A stretch of 64,000 nucleotides of DNA from Rhodobacterales bacterium (GCA_965221505.1 CBDCSI010000002.1:1610052-1674051), one strand, 5' to 3'. Positions 35,624-45,791 are shown, counted from the first letter of the stretch. Notes: generated by a model from the sequence alone, not told the origin. A program made the numbers and translations.

Positions 35624-37765
35624 TCAGCCGGGAGAGGGCGACCCGGAATCGTCGTCTTCGAGGGCCGCCTGCCGGATCGCGTCGGGCGTGAACGGCATGC
35701 GCCGCAGGCGAAGACCGGTCGCGTCGCAGATCGCGTTGGCGATCGCGGCGACGGCAGGGCCCGGCGACGCCTCGCCCGCGCCGAGCGATTCGGCATGCGG
35801 ATCGTCGAGCGCGATCGTCTCGATCTCGGGAACCTCGTCGAAGCGAAGCGTCGGGTAGCTGTCCCAGTCCCGGGAGGCGATCCCGTCCCGGTCCCAGGCG
35901 ACCCGCTCGTGGAGCGCCCAGCTCGCTCCTTGCAGGAATCCGCCCTCCAGCTGCGCCTCCAGCCCGCCGAGGTCGACGACCCGTCCGGCGTCTGCGACCA
36001 GGATCGCCTCCTCGAGCCGCACTTGGGCGTCCTCGGCGACGGTCAGCCGCACCCAGACGGCCACCCGCGCCATCGCGTTCTTGTATTGCGCGTAGGCCAT
36101 ACCCGAGCCGCCCGTCGGACCGGCGGGAGGGCGCCGCCGAATCGCTTCTGCCAGACGTTCGAGCACGGCCCGCCCGCGCGAATCCTCGAGATGCGCGAGG
36201 CGGAAGGACAGCGGGTCCTGTCTCTCGCCGGCCGCGACTTCGTCCATCAGGCTCTCGAGCGCGAACACGTTCGCCGCCGCGCCGAGGCAGCGAAGCGCCG
36301 AGGTCCGGTGCGGCATGTTCGTGACCAGGTTCTTGACCAGGCGGGTCTCGGGGATCGCGTAGGCAGGCGTGAGGTTGCGGTGCAGCCCGCCCTCCGCATT
36401 CGTGTTGGGCAGGATTTCGGGAGGCGGGACGGGGTTCGCGCGAAGACGGTTAGGGAGAAGCCGCGCCGGGCCGGCGCGATTCGGACCGGCCCGGGGGCGA
36501 CCGCGAAACGTTCCCCCGATCGACTCGGCCGAGAGGCGGCGAATGCGCCCCGAGCCGTCCGTCCACGCGGCGAGCTCGACCGCCTGCGGCGGCCCGAACG
36601 GCTCCCAGCAATGCTCGTCTTCCCGGCTCCACGCCAGCAGGATCGGGCGACGGGGAAGGGACAGGGCGACCAGCGCCGCCTCCAGCGCCGCGTCGTCGGA
36701 GCCGTTGTGGCCGTAGCAACCGGCGCCGGGCGCGTAGGTCAGGATCACCCGGCGAGGCTCCAGTCCGAGACTGTCGGCGAGGCTTTCGCGCAGCACGTAG
36801 ATTCCCTGGCTGTGCGTCGTGACCGCCATGGTCTCGCCGTCCCAGAGCGCCAGGGCGGCGGAGGGCCCGAGGGAGCCGTGCAGCGTGAACGGCCGCTCGT
36901 AGCGCACCGCATAGTCCGGCGCCGGCGGCATGGGGGGAACGGGCGCGCGTTCGGGGCTTCCGTCGACCACCGGCATCCGCAGGGCGTTCTCCCGGGCGAG
37001 GAAGGCGAAGACGTCTCCCTCCTCGAGGTAGCGCTCCGCCGTCCAGCGGCAGGCGCGCCCGAGGCGCGCGGCGGCCTGGATCGTCGGCCACGGGTCGGGG
37101 CCGGCGACCGCGAGGAAGCTGCCGTCCCGAACGACCCGAACGCCGGACGCCTCGAGCGCCCGGATGCAGTCCGACGGCGCCTCCGCCAGCCGCGCATGCG
37201 CATGCGGCGGTCGGACGACGCGGGCGTGAAGCATGCCCGGAAGATCGATGTCGTGCAGGTAGCGGTGTCGCCCGGAGACCATGTCGGCGACGCCGCGCAT
37301 GGGTGGCGCGGCCGGCCGCGCCCGCGGCGGAAGAAGCGGCGCGCGGCTGTCGACCGGGATCTCGAAATCGTCCTGGCGCAGGAATTCGAGGAGCGGGATC
37401 GGCCGGTTGGCGCCGGGGCCCGAGAGCGCTCCGTCCTCCAGTCGCCAGTCGTCCGCCTCGCCGCCCATGCGTTCCGCGGCCCGACGGCATGCCCGGCGCC
37501 GGAGCGTCGCCGCGGCGAGCCGCAGGGCATGTCCCGCCTGCCGCACGGAGTTGCTGCCCGAGGTGATTCCCTCGTCCGGACTGAGGCCGGTCACGACCGG
37601 CGCGATCTCGATCCGCTCGCGCGCCAGGGTCAGCTCTTCATGCGCGATCTCGACCAGCGCGGTGGAGACGCGCTGGCCGATCTCGACCTTGCCGGTGCGG
37701 ACGATCAGCCGCCCGTCCCGAATGCCGAGCCGGTCCGAGACCCGGTCGCCGGCGTTCCCGCTCAT
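35624..37765 (-). CDS. Molybdopterin-binding subunit of a xanthine dehydrogenase/aldehyde oxidase family enzyme (IorB-like).
   Basis: ORF 35624..38107 was trimmed to the ATG at 37765, which overlaps the 2Fe-2S subunit's stop (ATGA). The sequence reads like the aldehyde oxidase/XDH molybdopterin-binding subunit throughout. Confidence 0.88.
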   Translation of the reverse strand: MSGNAGDRVSDRLGIRDGRLIVRTGKVEIGQRVSTALVEIAHEELTLARERIEIAPVVTGLSPDEGITSGSNSVRQAGHALRLAAATLRRRACRRAAERMGGEADDWRLEDGALSGPGANRPIPLLEFLRQDDFEIPVDSRAPLLPPRARPAAPPMRGVADMVSGRHRYLHDIDLPGMLHARVVRPPHAHARLAEAPSDCIRALEASGVRVVRDGSFLAVAGPDPWPTIQAAARLGRACRWTAERYLEEGDVFAFLARENALRMPVVDGSPERAPVPPMPPAPDYAVRYERPFTLHGSLGPSAALALWDGETMAVTTHSQGIYVLRESLADSLGLEPRRVILTYAPGAGCYGHNGSDDAALEAALVALSLPRRPILLAWSREDEHCWEPFGPPQAVELAAWTDGSGRIRRLSAESIGGTFRGRPRAGPNRAGPARLLPNRLRANPVPPPEILPNTNAEGGLHRNLTPAYAIPETRLVKNLVTNMPHRTSALRCLGAAANVFALESLMDEVAAGERQDPLSFRLAHLEDSRGRAVLERLAEAIRRRPPAGPTGGSGMAYAQYKNAMARVAVWVRLTVAEDAQVRLEEAILVADAGRVVDLGGLEAQLEGGFLQGASWALHERVAWDRDGIASRDWDSYPTLRFDEVPEIETIALDDPHAESLGAGEASPGPAVAAIANAICDATGLRLRRMPFTPDAIRQAALEDDDSGSPSPG

Positions 37766-38220
37766 GCTCCCGCGGACGCGATCTCGACCGCCCGCAAAAC
37801 CCGCGGATGCGAGCCGCAGCGGCAGAGATGCGGCGCGAGCGCATAGCGCGCCTCGTCCCCCCTCGGCCGGGGCGTGCGGGAGAGGAGCGCGGTCGCCGCG
37901 ACCGCCAGGCCGGACGTGCACCAGCCGCACTGCGCCGCGGTGGCCTCGACGAACGCCGCCTGCACCCGGCGGCCGATCGGCGTGTTCTCCAGCCCCTCGA
38001 CCGTCGTTATGTCCCGTCCGGCGAAGTCGCGAGCGGGCGTGGCGCAACTCAGCGCGACCGCGCCGTCGGCGAGTACGGCGCAGGCGCCGCACTGTTCGAG
38101 GCCGCAACCGAACCGGGTGCCCTTCAGTTTCAGCTCGTCGCGCAGGACATAGAGCAGCGGCGTTTCCGGATCGGAGCGGATCTCGCGCTCCCGGCCGTTG
38201 ATCCGGAGCCGCAGGCTCAC
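37762..38220 (-). CDS. (2Fe-2S)-binding small subunit (IorA/CoxS-like).
   Basis: A GTG start at 38220 overlaps the OsmC stop (GTGA). It has the cysteine motifs CGLEQCGACAV and QCGWCTSG..CRCG. Confidence 0.9.
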   Translation of the reverse strand: MSLRLRINGREREIRSDPETPLLYVLRDELKLKGTRFGCGLEQCGACAVLADGAVALSCATPARDFAGRDITTVEGLENTPIGRRVQAAFVEATAAQCGWCTSGLAVAATALLSRTPRPRGDEARYALAPHLCRCGSHPRVLRAVEIASAGA

Positions 38221-38696
38221 GGGGCCACCCGCTCCCACACCACCCGGAGCTCCACGTCCGCCGAGCGGAACAGGTTCATCACCGGGCAGCGGTATTCCAC
38301 GTTGCGCTTCAGCCGGTCGAACCGCTCCTCGGATTCCTCCGTGTGCACCCGGATGCGCAGGCGAACCCAGTTGAAGTAGGGCCGGACGCCCGGCACGCCG
38401 CGGGAGCCGCGCTGGTCCACCTCGCCGTCCGCCTCCATGTCGACGGCCGAATAGGCGAAATTCATCGCCTCGGCGCAGCGATTGACGATCACGCCTTCGC
38501 ACCCCAGGAGAGAGGAGAGGCACATCTCCAGCGGCGTCGGCCCCGTATTGGTGCCCCGCTCGTCGGAGACCAGGACGTGGTCCCGTACCATCATCACCGT
38601 GCGGGTCGAGGCTTCGTTCCGGGCGCTGACCCGCCGGATTCCGAGCGCCTTCCGGTTCGGGTCCACGCTCGGGGGCAGGAGGTCGGGCTGGCTCAT
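38217..38696 (-). CDS. OsmC family protein.
   Basis: The ATG at 38696 overlaps the upstream stop (ATGA). The sequence contains GPTPLEMCLSSLLGCEGV and ends ..YRCPVMNLF, which is OsmC/Ohr-like. Confidence 0.82.
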   Translation of the reverse strand: MSQPDLLPPSVDPNRKALGIRRVSARNEASTRTVMMVRDHVLVSDERGTNTGPTPLEMCLSSLLGCEGVIVNRCAEAMNFAYSAVDMEADGEVDQRGSRGVPGVRPYFNWVRLRIRVHTEESEERFDRLKRNVEYRCPVMNLFRSADVELRVVWERVAP

Positions 38697-39964
38697 GCGG
38701 TCATCTCCAGTATGTCGAGTCCCCGGACCCGGTCGAGCAGGTAGATCCGGCCGTTCTCGTCCACGTCGACGTCGTTCGATTGCGGCGCCGGGGCGCCCGG
38801 TTCCGGCTCCGGAACGTAGTGTGCGACTTCCTTCGGCAGGAGAGGGTCGGCGAGGTCCAGCACCCGGAGTCCGCCGGCGAACCAGGCGGCGTAGACGAGC
38901 GTGGAATCGAGCCGTTCGCGGAACTGGTGGGCGCCGAAGCGCACGCCCGGCTGCCCGGCCCAGGGGCTCGCGCGCTCGGTGAGGTCCCAGGCCGCGACCG
39001 GTTCCATCCGCTCGAGGTCGGTGACGTCCAGCACCCACAGAAACCCGTGCAGCCGGCCCGGAATATGGTCGTGTTCCTCGTCGATCGCGACCGCGTAGCG
39101 GCGACCGCCGATCCGTCGCTCGAGCGGCATCACCGTGTGGGTGGGCTCCGGAATCGCCTCCGGAAACCGGTAGGCGCCCTTGAGCCGGAGCTCGGCGAGG
39201 TTCGCGGCGTCGAGGACGCGGATGCCGGCGTGCCAGTACGCGGCCCAGAGCTCGTCGCCGCACCGCATGGCGTGATGGAGCCGGTGGCCGTAGCCGCTCC
39301 AGGTCGGCGTCTCGCCTCCCGCGACGTGCTGGCCGGGCAGGTGCCAGCGGGAGACCTCCTTCGGGTTGGTGGGATCCGAGATGTCGTAGACGACCAGGAT
39401 ATTGCCGACATATCCCTCCATCTCCGTGGAGATATAGGCGAAGCGCTCGTCCATGTCGAAGCGATGCACGCCGAACCCGTGCGTCTTCACGTAGGAGAGG
39501 AGCCGCGGCGCGCTCGGGTCCGAGATGTCCCAGACCCGGAAGCCGCCGGAGTCGTACCCTTCCGCATGCGCCTTCTCCAGCACGGGCACGTCCGCCTCGC
39601 GCACGCCGAGCCGTTCGGCGATCGCCGAGTCGGTGGCCCCGCTTCCGAGCTCCTCCCGGAGGGCGGCGATCCGGGCGCCCTTGCGCAGGAAGTGGCGCCG
39701 GTCCTGCTCGACGTTGGTGATCATGACGTCGCCTGCGACGCGAACCTTGTGCGTGTGGGACGCCGCGTCCGGGGGCTCGATATGGCCGATCGCGCGAGGC
39801 CGGGACGGGTCGCGCACGTCGATGACGGACGTTCCCATGGGCGGCTTCATGTGGCCGACGAAGGCGAAGCCGTCCTGCACGACGACCTGGCCGCCGCCGG
39901 CGACGTCGAGGCGGCCGAGACGGCGGACGTTGCGGGAGAGCCGGTATTCGATTTCCGTTTTCAT
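38693..39964 (-). CDS. LVIVD-repeat beta-propeller protein.
   Basis: The ATG at 39964 overlaps the tctA stop (ATGA). It contains repeated LVIVD-type motifs: SVIDVRDPSRP, FRVWDISDPSAP, LVVYDISDPTNP, WVLDVTDLERMEP and LRVLDLADPLLP. Confidence 0.75.
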   Translation of the reverse strand: MKTEIEYRLSRNVRRLGRLDVAGGGQVVVQDGFAFVGHMKPPMGTSVIDVRDPSRPRAIGHIEPPDAASHTHKVRVAGDVMITNVEQDRRHFLRKGARIAALREELGSGATDSAIAERLGVREADVPVLEKAHAEGYDSGGFRVWDISDPSAPRLLSYVKTHGFGVHRFDMDERFAYISTEMEGYVGNILVVYDISDPTNPKEVSRWHLPGQHVAGGETPTWSGYGHRLHHAMRCGDELWAAYWHAGIRVLDAANLAELRLKGAYRFPEAIPEPTHTVMPLERRIGGRRYAVAIDEEHDHIPGRLHGFLWVLDVTDLERMEPVAAWDLTERASPWAGQPGVRFGAHQFRERLDSTLVYAAWFAGGLRVLDLADPLLPKEVAHYVPEPEPGAPAPQSNDVDVDENGRIYLLDRVRGLDILEMTA

Positions 39965-41469
39965 GACGACGCTCCCTGTCGGCGCTTGCGGCGGCGGTCG
40001 AGGACGATCGGCACGATCAGCGACGCGGCGAACGCGGCCCAGAGCGCGTTGCCGAGGCCCGAGGAAAACAGGACCGTGACGTCGCCGTCGGCCTTCTTCA
40101 GCGCGCGCAGGAAGTAGGTCTCGAGCAGCGGGCCGAGAATGACGCCGATCAGGATGGCCGCCACGTGATAGCCGGTGCGACGCGCGACGTAGCCGAGCAC
40201 GCCGAAGCCGAGCGCCAGATACATGTCGAACATGTACTCCCGCGGCACGAACCCGCCGACCAGCGTGAAGGAGATGATCAGCGGGGCCAGGTAGACCGTC
40301 GGAATGGTAGTCACGTGGCTCATGTAGCGGCTGAGCGGCAGGATGGTGAGGAACATCAGGACGTAGGTCACCGCCATCGCCATGAACATTCCGTAGCCGA
40401 CCTCCGGCTGGCGCTCGAACAGCGAGGGGCCGAAGCTGACGCCGTGGAACTGCATCACCACCAGCATGATCGCGGCGGTCGCGCCGCCGGGGATGCCGAG
40501 AACCAGAAGCGGCACCAGGGTTCCAGAGGTGACGCCGTTGTTGGCCGATTCGGGCGCGATCAGCCCTTCGGGATGGCCGGTTCCGTAGCGCTCCGGAGTG
40601 CGCGAGAAGGTGCGCGACTGCTGATAGGCGACGAAGCTGGCGATGGACGCCCCCGCGCCCGGAATGACGCCGATGGCGAGGCCGATCACACTGGTCCAGG
40701 CGATATGCCACCAGCGCCGGAGCGCGATCGCCACGCCTTCGAAGGTGTCGCGCCAGTTGGGGTTGCGGGGTTCGGCGTCGTCGCTGACGATGACCCGCTG
40801 CTCGATAAGGATGAAGGCTTCGGAGACCGCGAACAGTCCGACCAGCGCCGGAATGAGCGGGATGCCGTCGTAGAGTTCCAGGAAGCCGAAGGTCCCGCGC
40901 GGCGTGGCGTAGACCACGTCGGTGCCGATGGCGCCGATCATCAGGCCGAGAAACCCGGCGATCAGCCCCTTGAGCATGTCCTTCGCGGCGATCGAGGCGA
41001 TCAGCGAGATGCCGAACAGCATGACGACGATCATCTCCACCGAGTGCATGTAGAACCCGACCCGGGCGAGGATCGGCATGGTCGCCAGCGCGATCAGGGT
41101 GGTCAGGATGCCGCCGATGCAGGACGCGACGAAGGAGATCGACAGCGCCTGCTGCCCCCGCCCGGCCTTGGCCATCGGATAGCCGTCGAGCGGCGTCGCC
41201 GCCGCGCCTGCGGTGCCCGGAATGTTGACCAGGATCGCCGGGATGCCGGCGCCCATGCGCGCCGCGCAGTAGAGGGTGACCATGAAGACCAGGCCGGTGT
41301 CGAGATCCATGGCCAGGGTCAGCGGCATCAGGATGATGATGGTGTTCGCGGCGCTGAAGCCGGGGATGCCGCCGACGATCAGGCCCAGAAAGATCGTCGG
41401 GACGACGACCCACCAGTAGCCGACGGTCTGGAAGAAGACCTCGGCGAGAATGGCGGCCGCGTTATCCAT
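39961..41469 (-). CDS. tctA: Tripartite tricarboxylate transporter permease TctA.
   Basis: This 502-aa polytopic membrane protein reads like TctA. It overlaps the tctB end by 8 nt. Confidence 0.93.
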   Translation of the reverse strand: MDNAAAILAEVFFQTVGYWWVVVPTIFLGLIVGGIPGFSAANTIIILMPLTLAMDLDTGLVFMVTLYCAARMGAGIPAILVNIPGTAGAAATPLDGYPMAKAGRGQQALSISFVASCIGGILTTLIALATMPILARVGFYMHSVEMIVVMLFGISLIASIAAKDMLKGLIAGFLGLMIGAIGTDVVYATPRGTFGFLELYDGIPLIPALVGLFAVSEAFILIEQRVIVSDDAEPRNPNWRDTFEGVAIALRRWWHIAWTSVIGLAIGVIPGAGASIASFVAYQQSRTFSRTPERYGTGHPEGLIAPESANNGVTSGTLVPLLVLGIPGGATAAIMLVVMQFHGVSFGPSLFERQPEVGYGMFMAMAVTYVLMFLTILPLSRYMSHVTTIPTVYLAPLIISFTLVGGFVPREYMFDMYLALGFGVLGYVARRTGYHVAAILIGVILGPLLETYFLRALKKADGDVTVLFSSGLGNALWAAFAASLIVPIVLDRRRKRRQGASS

Positions 41470-41974
41470 GGGACATGAGCGCCTTCATCGTCGTCTCGAA
41501 CCAGCCGCGAGGGAAGCGGGTGTCGAACGCGACGACGAACACCGCCCAACCGGCGAGCGAGATGGCCGCGGAGACCGCGGCGATCCGGGCGACGTTGCGT
41601 CCCTTCGAGAGGACCGTCATGCCGGCGAACAGGAACAGGAAGGTCGCGAGGGTGAAGCCGAGCGTCTCCACGAACAGACAGAACCCCACCGTCGCGGCGA
41701 ACAGGCCCACGCGGCCGGAGGTCCAGTCGTTGCGGCTGACCAGGTCGGCGAAGCCGAGCTCGCCCGCGCCGCGTCGAACGTCCAGCATGCAGCGCAGGAC
41801 GAACGCCGCGCAGAGGAGGATCAGGACGCCGCCGACGAGGAACGCGCTGACCTGCGCGGTCCAGGGAGAGTTCCAGATCGTGGTGAAATAGTAGAGCGTG
41901 AAGGCGATTCCGAGGATCGGGATCACGAGCTCGCCGCCGAGCTGGCGGCGCGGCGAGCGGGATTCGGAGTTCAT
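41462..41974 (-). CDS. tctB: Tripartite tricarboxylate transporter TctB family protein.
   Basis: This 170-aa protein has 4 TM segments and lies directly upstream of, and overlapping, tctA. Confidence 0.8.
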   Translation of the reverse strand: MNSESRSPRRQLGGELVIPILGIAFTLYYFTTIWNSPWTAQVSAFLVGGVLILLCAAFVLRCMLDVRRGAGELGFADLVSRNDWTSGRVGLFAATVGFCLFVETLGFTLATFLFLFAGMTVLSKGRNVARIAAVSAAISLAGWAVFVVAFDTRFPRGWFETTMKALMSHG

Positions 41975-42119
41975 TGCGGGCCTCGTCCGGTCTCGACGGT
42001 GCGGCGTGCGGCGCCGGGCCGTCCCGGATCCTCCGGGGCGAGCGGATGCGTGGCGGACATGTTCGCGTTGCCGGGAAGGCGGGGCGGGCCGGCGGCGTCG
42101 GCCGCCGGCCCGGAACCGC

Positions 42120-43109
42120 TCAGGCTCCGCTCAGGAGCGCCTTGTACTTGGCGCCGAGATCCAGCATGGCCTGCTTGAACGCGGCGCACTCCTCGATGCC
42201 GCCGTAGTTCAGATACTCGGGGGTTCCGCCCACCGCGACGTATTCCTCCAGCAGCCGGGGATCGTCGAAGGCTTCCCGGAAGGTCCGGGTCAGCGTCTCG
42301 AAGCGGTCCGGATGGTCGTCGGCCGCCTTCCGGTGAACGGCGAAGGCGCGGGCCGAGAGCATCTCGGCGAGGTCGGTGCCGTAGACGTCGTTCATGCTCG
42401 GCGCGTCGTTCAGCGCCGCGCCGACCCGGTTCTCGCCGAAGACCAGCAGGGTCTTGACCGCGTCGCCGGCGGCGATCACCGACCCGGAGGTCAGGACCGA
42501 GAAGTCCACCTCGCCGGTCACGGCGCCGGCGACGGTGTTCTTGCCGCCCGAGAGCGGGATCAGGTTGAACTGCGCGCCGGTCGCCTCGCCGAGGGAGAGG
42601 AGCCCGATGGAGGCGGGATGGGCCATGCGGCTGGTGCCCACGTTGAGCTTGCGCTTCTTCCCTTCCGCGACGATGTCGTCCATCGTCTGCAGCGGACTCT
42701 CGACGCCGACGAACAGGCAGCACGGGTCGGTGTCGACGCGGCCGAAATAGAAGTAGTCGTCGATGTCGAATTCGGGCGCCTGCATGGCCCAGTTCAGTAC
42801 CTCCGGTCCCATGTTGCCGAAGATCAGGCTGTAGCAGTCCGGCGTCTCCTTGCCCATGTAGACCTCGTAGCCGACCCGCCCGGACGCGCCGGGAAAGAAG
42901 CCGGGCTCGAACTCGGTGCCGAGCTTGTCCTTCCAGACGCTGGTGAAGGCGCGGAAGTTGCGGTCCGCCCCGCCGCCTTCGCGGGTCGGAATGATGACCT
43001 TGATGTTCCGCTCCGGATACCCGGCCCCGCGGGCGATCGAGGGTGCGGAGAGCATGAGGGCGGCGGCGGCCCCGGCCTTGAGGACGCCGCGGCGGTCGAG
43101 TCGTGTCAT
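42120..43109 (-). CDS. tctC: Tripartite tricarboxylate transporter substrate-binding protein (Bug/TctC family).
   Basis: ORF 42120..43229 was trimmed to the ATG at 43109, which follows an AGGAGGA ribosome-binding site. It has a Tat-like signal (MTRLDRRGVLKAGAAAALMLSAPSIARG) and Bug-family sequence. Confidence 0.9.
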   Translation of the reverse strand: MTRLDRRGVLKAGAAAALMLSAPSIARGAGYPERNIKVIIPTREGGGADRNFRAFTSVWKDKLGTEFEPGFFPGASGRVGYEVYMGKETPDCYSLIFGNMGPEVLNWAMQAPEFDIDDYFYFGRVDTDPCCLFVGVESPLQTMDDIVAEGKKRKLNVGTSRMAHPASIGLLSLGEATGAQFNLIPLSGGKNTVAGAVTGEVDFSVLTSGSVIAAGDAVKTLLVFGENRVGAALNDAPSMNDVYGTDLAEMLSARAFAVHRKAADDHPDRFETLTRTFREAFDDPRLLEEYVAVGGTPEYLNYGGIEECAAFKQAMLDLGAKYKALLSGA

Positions 43110-43218
43110 CGTGTGTTCCTCCTGATGAACGGTTTGCGCGTTTGACGGGATGTTCCGCTCGCCTGCGCGTCGGCGGCGGAAACGGCGGTATGTCTCGCTT
43201 GCGTCGGCATCGTTCCTC

Positions 43219-44238
43219 TCACGTCGCAAGCAGGGATTCGGGAAACAGCTCCTCCGGGGCGACCCGCCGCCTCGCGAGGAACTGTTCGGACGCGTAGCGG
43301 CACACGACCTCGAGCTCGGCCCGGTTGCGGCGGAAGCCGTACGGCCACCAGTCGTCCCCGAGCGCGGCCCGGGTGCGCTCCACGGTCGCGCCGAGCCACG
43401 GCAGCGACAGCCGGTTCGCGCTGCCGAGCCAGACGTCGCGGAGCCGCTTCAGCGCGAGGTCCCGGGCCTCGACGAATCCCCGGTAAAGCGCTTCCGGCAA
43501 CTGCGGGAGGGAGGCCGCCAGCGACTTGCGGACGCCGATCAGGTGCATGACCGGAAAGAAGCCGGTTCGGGCATGGTAGTCTCGCTCGGCCGCCTCGAAA
43601 TCGTCGAAGACGCGCAGGATGCGCCGGTCTCCGTCCAGGAACGCCTGCGGCGGCCTCGGCGCCAGGAGTCCGTCGATCTCGCCGGCGAGGAGGAGATCCT
43701 GCAGAGTGCGCCCCTCCGGCACCGGCTCGACGTCCATGCCGTCGGGCAAGTTCAGCGGCAGCCTCTCGCGCCGGACCCCGGCGTCGAGCCCTCCGGTGCG
43801 CCAGGAAACGTCCTGGGCGCGGACGCCGAATTCGTCGGCCAGGATTCCGCGCATCCAGAGCGCTGCGGTCATCTGGTATTCCGGGACGCCGATGCGGCGC
43901 CCGGCGAAGTCGGCGAGGCTCCGGATGCCGGCACCGGCGCGGGCGTAGAATCCCGAATGGCGGAATGCGCGGCTGACGAAGGCGGGCAGGGCGACGTAAG
44001 CGCTATCGCCGCGCGAGACCTGCATCACGTAGCTCGACAGCGACATCTCGGTCATGTCGTAGGGCGCGTCGCTCACGGCGAGGGGGAAGAGTCGGGAGGT
44101 CGGATGGACCTCCGATCGGAGGGCGACGCCGTCGATCGCGACGCGCCCGTCATGGAGCGCCATGACGCGGTCGTGGTCCCAGGAGGCGAAGGACAAGGTC
44201 AGTGCCTCTCCGCTCGGGCCGGCTGCTGCGGAGGTCAT
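43219..44238 (-). CDS. 4,5-dihydroxyphthalate decarboxylase (PhtD)-like / NMT1-fold protein.
   Basis: ORF 43219..45045 was trimmed to the ATG at 44238. The sequence LTLSFASWDHDRVMALHDGRVAIDGV..YDMTEMSLSSYV..RRIGVPEYQMTAALWMRGIL matches my memory of the PhtD family. Confidence 0.75.
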   Translation of the reverse strand: MTSAAAGPSGEALTLSFASWDHDRVMALHDGRVAIDGVALRSEVHPTSRLFPLAVSDAPYDMTEMSLSSYVMQVSRGDSAYVALPAFVSRAFRHSGFYARAGAGIRSLADFAGRRIGVPEYQMTAALWMRGILADEFGVRAQDVSWRTGGLDAGVRRERLPLNLPDGMDVEPVPEGRTLQDLLLAGEIDGLLAPRPPQAFLDGDRRILRVFDDFEAAERDYHARTGFFPVMHLIGVRKSLAASLPQLPEALYRGFVEARDLALKRLRDVWLGSANRLSLPWLGATVERTRAALGDDWWPYGFRRNRAELEVVCRYASEQFLARRRVAPEELFPESLLAT

Positions 44239-44264
44239 GGCGGCTTCCGCCTCCGATCGCCCGT

Positions 44265-44954
44265 TCAGGCGACCCGGACCGACATCGAGCCGAGTCCGTC
44301 GATCTCGGCCTCCATCCGGTCGCCCGGCCGGATCGCGCCCACCCCGGACGGCGTCCCGGACAGGATTACGTCGCCGGACGCGAGTTCGAAGTATTCCGAC
44401 AGGTAGGAGATCATCTCCGGCACCTTCCAGATCATCTGGTCGAGATTGCCGTCTTGCCGCAGTTCCCCGTTGACGCGGAGCGCGATTCGCCCCTCGGATA
44501 GATGCCCGATTTCGGACGCCGGGCGGATCGGGCCGACCGGCGCCGAGCCTTCGAACGCCTTGGCGATTTCCCAGGGACGGCCGAGCTTCTTCTGCTCTCC
44601 CTGCAGGTCGCGGCGAGTCATGTCGAGCGCCAGGGCGTAGCCGTAGACGCAATCGAGCGCGCGCTCGAGCGGAATGTCGACGCCGCCTGACGACAGCATC
44701 ACGGCGAGCTCGACCTCGTGATGCACGTTCGAGGTCTTCGGCGGATAGCGAAACGTGCCCGAGGGATCGAGATTGTCCGGATTCTTCTGGAAGAAAAAGG
44801 GCGCCTCGCGGTCCGGGTCGCCGCCCATCTCGACCGTGTGCGCGGCGTAGTTGCGGCCGATGCAATAGACCCGGCGAACCTCGAACCCCGAGTCGCTCCC
44901 GGCGACGGGCAGCGGCTCGCGCCGGGGCGGCGACGAGACGGACAACTTGCTCAT
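44265..44954 (-). CDS. Fumarylacetoacetate hydrolase (FAH) family protein.
   Basis: ORF 44265..45752 was trimmed to the ATG at 44954. It has the motifs CIGRNYAAH, HEVELAVM and GDVILSGTPSGVG. Confidence 0.9.
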   Translation of the reverse strand: MSKLSVSSPPRREPLPVAGSDSGFEVRRVYCIGRNYAAHTVEMGGDPDREAPFFFQKNPDNLDPSGTFRYPPKTSNVHHEVELAVMLSSGGVDIPLERALDCVYGYALALDMTRRDLQGEQKKLGRPWEIAKAFEGSAPVGPIRPASEIGHLSEGRIALRVNGELRQDGNLDQMIWKVPEMISYLSEYFELASGDVILSGTPSGVGAIRPGDRMEAEIDGLGSMSVRVA

Positions 44955-45113
44955 GGACCTCTCCGTTCCGGTTCCTGCCGTGGGGTGCCTCGCGCCCCCG
45001 AACCAATCGCAACCAATTTCGACATCCCGGCCGAATCGCTTGCAATTGCAGCCGTTAGGGCGTATGGTAGACCAATAAGTTCGATTGGTCAACCAATTCG
45101 GCGGAGGTGACGC

Positions 45114-45791
45114 GTGCTGGCGGACCCCGAGATCCTGGAGCGCGAAGACGCCCTCGCCGCGCTGACCGCCTATATCGTCCGGGGAAAGTACAACCCGGGC
45201 GATCGGCTCCCTCCGGAACGCGAGTTGATGGTGCGTCTCGGGCTTTCGCGCACGCGGCTTCGCCGGGCGCTGGACGCCATGGAGCGCGAGGGACGGATCT
45301 GGCGCCATGTCGGCAAGGGCACGTTCCTGGCTGCGGAGGGGTCCGAACGGCTCCCGGAACTCAGCCGTCAGGTGACCCCGGTGCAGATGATGCGCGCCCG
45401 GCTGGCGCTGGAGCCCGCGCTGGCCCGGGAGGCGGCGATGAACGCCTCCGGGGACGCGGTGACCCGAATCCTGCTCTGCCGGGACCGGGCCGCCGAGGCC
45501 GCGACCTGGGAGGAATACGAGGCGCGGGACGACGTGTTCCACCGCGCGGTGGCCGAGGCCACCGGCAACGTGTTGCTTCTGGCGCTCTTCAACCAGCTGA
45601 ACCAGGTGCGCCGGGCGGTGGCCTGGAAGACGGTGGTGCGCGGCTCCGCGCGCCCGCCCGCAGACCATTCGAGCTTCGCCGAACACGACCGGATCGCCGC
45701 GGCGATCGAGGCGCGCAATCCGGCCGCGGCCCACGCGGCCATGCGGGAGCATCTGGGTTCGGTATCGACCCGACTGTTCGGGGAGGTGTGA
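45114..45791 (+). CDS. GntR/FadR family transcriptional regulator (FCD domain).
   Basis: It has a GTG start, a winged-HTH region (LPPERELMVRLGLSRTRLRRALDAMEREG) and a C-terminal FCD-like helical domain. It is transcribed divergently from the FAH gene. Confidence 0.85.
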   Translation: MLADPEILEREDALAALTAYIVRGKYNPGDRLPPERELMVRLGLSRTRLRRALDAMEREGRIWRHVGKGTFLAAEGSERLPELSRQVTPVQMMRARLALEPALAREAAMNASGDAVTRILLCRDRAAEAATWEEYEARDDVFHRAVAEATGNVLLLALFNQLNQVRRAVAWKTVVRGSARPPADHSSFAEHDRIAAAIEARNPAAAHAAMREHLGSVSTRLFGEV

